The position numbers and the translations under genes were made by a program. A stretch of 64,000 nucleotides of DNA from Moniliella sp. 'wahieum' (Eukaryota): contig RSEE01000019.1 of the NCBI GenBank assembly GCA_003971905.1, positions 434,001 through 498,000 on the forward strand, read 5' to 3'. Below are positions 61,401-64,000 of the stretch, piece after piece. Positions within the stretch are counted from its first letter, which is position 1; every line of letters starts with the position of its first letter. The notes under the pieces were generated by a model that was not told the origin of the DNA, searched no databases, and saw nothing but the letters and a program-made list of their open reading frames with translations.

Positions 61401-64000
61401 GCCGTCAGGGCCGCCAACGTTTCGTCCCCCTCGTGCGCTGCTTCCGCGAGAGACGAGAGCGACGGTATCATGGATCGCAACAGTCCCACCGCTTGAAGTG
61501 AGACACGTTGAGATGGCGACTGGGCAAAGGTGGCGAGACAGGTGGTTAGGTCGGTGTAGCTGACTTGGACGACAGCAGCCAATTGATTGTCAAACAAGAG
61601 TTGGACCACATCGAACTTGCTGGGCGACCTTGTCTGTTGATTTAAACTCAAGTGTCAGTCTTCTATCCATTAGAGGCAGAACGGTCAAGATACGTACCCG
61701 AAGAGTCGGCAGCGGCGGCGGAAAGGATAGTAAAGATCGATGTCCAACCAGAGCGGATGTGATCCGAGCGGCCTGAACCATTTGGACCAAGCAGTCGAGA
61801 ATCATCTCCCGTGTCTCGATCTCCGGAGAATGACGCATAGCGTAGGCAAAGGGGCGAAGGAAGTCTTTTGGAAAGCAAAGCCAGGAAGCTCTTCCTTCTC
61901 GAGGAACTTGGTAGCCAGTTGACGGAGAGAATCGACGGCAAAATTGCTAATGGCAAGCTGGTTGGTGACGAGCACATTGTTGAAGTGTTCACCCAGGATG
62001 GCCCAAATCTGGGACCACTCCATGCGGATACGACCCATGTTGTAGTATGATATCTCCACCAGCTTTTGCAGAGAGAAGAGCCGTGGGGACTGTCATCCCG
62101 CTCGATTGGATCTCTTCCCACGATACGGCACACAGGGCCTCGACAAAGTCCACGATCGCTGTGCCGGAAAGCCGGGGCGTTTGACTAAACACCTTGTCGG
62201 CTGCCACGGTCACCTCAGTGCTAGCACCGGCCTGACCACATCCACCGCAGGAAGACGGGAAGGTTTGCTGCGCAGGTCCATATTGCTGCTGCTGAAGAGC
62301 GCCGCCAGTGCATGAGTATTGCTAAGCGGGTAGTTCTTGGAGGGCGATCGATTATGGGCAAGCGCCGACCCAGGTCGGAAGGTGGCTTTCATTCACTCCA
62401 CCACTTATGAGCTGAAAACGTTCCAGTTGTGATACGCCGGTCAGCACTTCTCTCCACGATGACTTGAGATAGTTTCCTTCCGTTAGAGCGATGCCAAGCA
62501 GGCATTTGATTGCCTCAATGTGCTTCGGCTGCATCTCGCCAAGTTGTTGAGGAAGGTGAACTTGGCCAGGGTGGTAACAAAGGCGTTGCGTTCGAGCTCC
62601 AGATCAAAAGGCAAGATGTGTGATAGCGTCCTTGAAGGCAGTAAGGCAGAGGTGAACAATGACCATCACTTGTTTCCTGCATCGGGCCAGAGAGTCCAGC
62701 CAGGATCGGCATCCAAGCCACCTCGAACATGGGCTTAACGTGATCCATGTGCGTTGCGGAGAAGAAGCGCTCCACTGCCGCGCGTTGCTCGGGGCCAACC
62801 TGCGCCGGGCCCGTACCATGGAACGAAAGAGTGCCTCGGTCTTGGTGGCCATACCCTCCGATTGAGCTTCGTACGCGCGCGCGGGTCCCGTCCCACCCCC
62901 GCGATGAACCCTGCAATGGCTGGTGCAGGGGATGGAGGCGCCACTTCGTCCCGCATCTTGATCTCGTTGGCGACAATGCTCTCGTAGACCTCGCGTGGTA
63001 GTCTTCCGGGAGAGATTGGCCATCATCAATGCCTTTGTTGTTACGGATGAAATCTTGCAGCGACATGCGCTGCTTCACTTGGGGATTGTGGGCATCCGTG
63101 TTGAGGAGGATGATAATAAGCAAAGACATAGGCGGTGTCGGCGGTAGCAAAGACGCCCGGGTTGCCGAGCACATAGCGCTCGGCAAATTTGAGCATGAAC
63201 CGGTCGATCATTTGCGCCTCGCCGGGCAGACGGAATGTTTGGAGGTAGCGGCGCAATGCCGTCAAAAAGTGGAAGTCTTTGAAGTTCATCAGATCTACAA
63301 AAGCATGCATGGTGGCAATGTGACTGGGATCGCCCGAGCCAAGGTATTCGCCAATCCGGGCCTTGTTGAGTCCATCAGCATACAATAGGAACCGGGCGAT
63401 GTCCTTGGGCTCGGCCGAGGGAATAAACCGATTCTGGACCAGGAAAGCGATACCCCGTTTGGGTTTCTCGTTAAACATGCGGATTCCCTCCAGTAGCATT
63501 GTCTTCCGCGCTTTGGCTGACTCGAACCGGGACGGATCATCCTCCTGCTGAAGGGGATCGGGCACGGATAAGTGGAGAGGAAACCGCACTTCCTCTACTG
63601 GGCTTTCCGGCTTTGCATCTGCTGAATCGAGGCTGGCCCTCGGTGAAGAGGCAGACTCCTCCTCAATTGTGCTTCGGCTGGCCCATTGGACCAGGGAGTG
63701 GAGCACAGCAACCAAGCATTCGAGACTTTGACGTTTGAGGTGGGCTTCGATCGGCATACTGACTTCCTCCGCCGTCAGTGTGGTGAGGCTGCAGACCAAG
63801 CGCTGCCAAGCCTGGTTCATTACCCTTTTGGAGCGCCAACAAGGGAAGGGGCTCGGGAGGACCCAGCGACGTTCCTAGCTGGGTCTGACTGATCTTGGAC
63901 ACATGTTGACCAAGCGCTCATACACATTCTCCAATGCGGCTCGGTCACAGTCGTAGTTGATGTACACCTCCACCAATGCCTGGGGATTTTGACACAGGCG
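58471..64000 (-). CDS. SEC7: Large Arf-GEF of the Sec7/BIG family; 5' end beyond window; C-terminal repeat extension; frameshifted
   Basis: HUS region LVEVYINYDCD...NVYERLVN; Sec7 domain FNEKPKRGI..GLNKARIGEYLG..FRLPGEAQMIDRFMLKFAERY..LNTDAHNPQVK; HDS motifs HVKPMFEVAWMP, EGNYLKSSWREVL..VSQLERFQL, EISYYNMGRIRMEWS, SGW, NLLRQES, LRAFFYKVG. Confidence 0.95.
58836..59553 (-). repeat. 27-bp coding minisatellite (about 26 copies; 9-aa unit like EPVA[AVT]E[KQN]GD)
   Basis: The plus-strand unit cggctcgtcgccttgttcgacagcaac and its variants recur with 27-bp period; translation includes EPVAAENDV x3, EPVATEKGD and EPVAVEQGD. Confidence 0.92.

Noticed and set aside
8879..64000. Mass pseudogenisation or programmed frameshifting of the genes
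   Set aside because: Indels affect every gene while amino-acid motifs stay intact and in-frame nonsense changes are not evident. Sequencing error is the simpler explanation.

Overview
This is eukaryotic DNA, not prokaryotic: a GC-rich fungal chromosome segment, probably basidiomycete, with short GT..CTRAC..YAG introns. Nearly every gene is split by single-base indels, often in homopolymers. That pattern fits an unpolished long-read assembly, so gene ends are approximate and gene models were stitched across frames by eye. Recognisable genes, left to right: a PP1-docking (Bni4/Phactr-like) protein, a Ran1-like probable pseudokinase, ERG5/CYP61, an intron-containing tRNA-Asp(GTC), TLG2/syntaxin-16 (divergent from the next gene), a diverged Drs2-like P4-ATPase, a C2H2 transcription factor, an ABC1/ADCK kinase, an ERp38-type PDI, CAP2, a SYLF/Ysc84 protein, an NDUFA4/B12D microprotein, SCS2/VAP, an Nha1-type Na+/H+ antiporter, an orphan low-complexity protein, a nitronate monooxygenase, a CYP86/94/704-like P450, a small acidic protein with a mitochondrial-type presequence, and the 3' part of SEC7. 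The most unusual signals are four. (1) Intergenic DNA carries a 7-bp tandem 'grammar' of TGA/TAA/TAG plus a variable 4-bp palindrome. (2) The kinase has all catalytic motifs substituted. (3) The Drs2-like flippase has DGET replaced by NGAE. (4) Sec7 has a long acidic 9-aa-repeat tail ending in a clathrin-box-like LLVDL. No CRISPR array, rRNA or recognisable intact transposon was seen.
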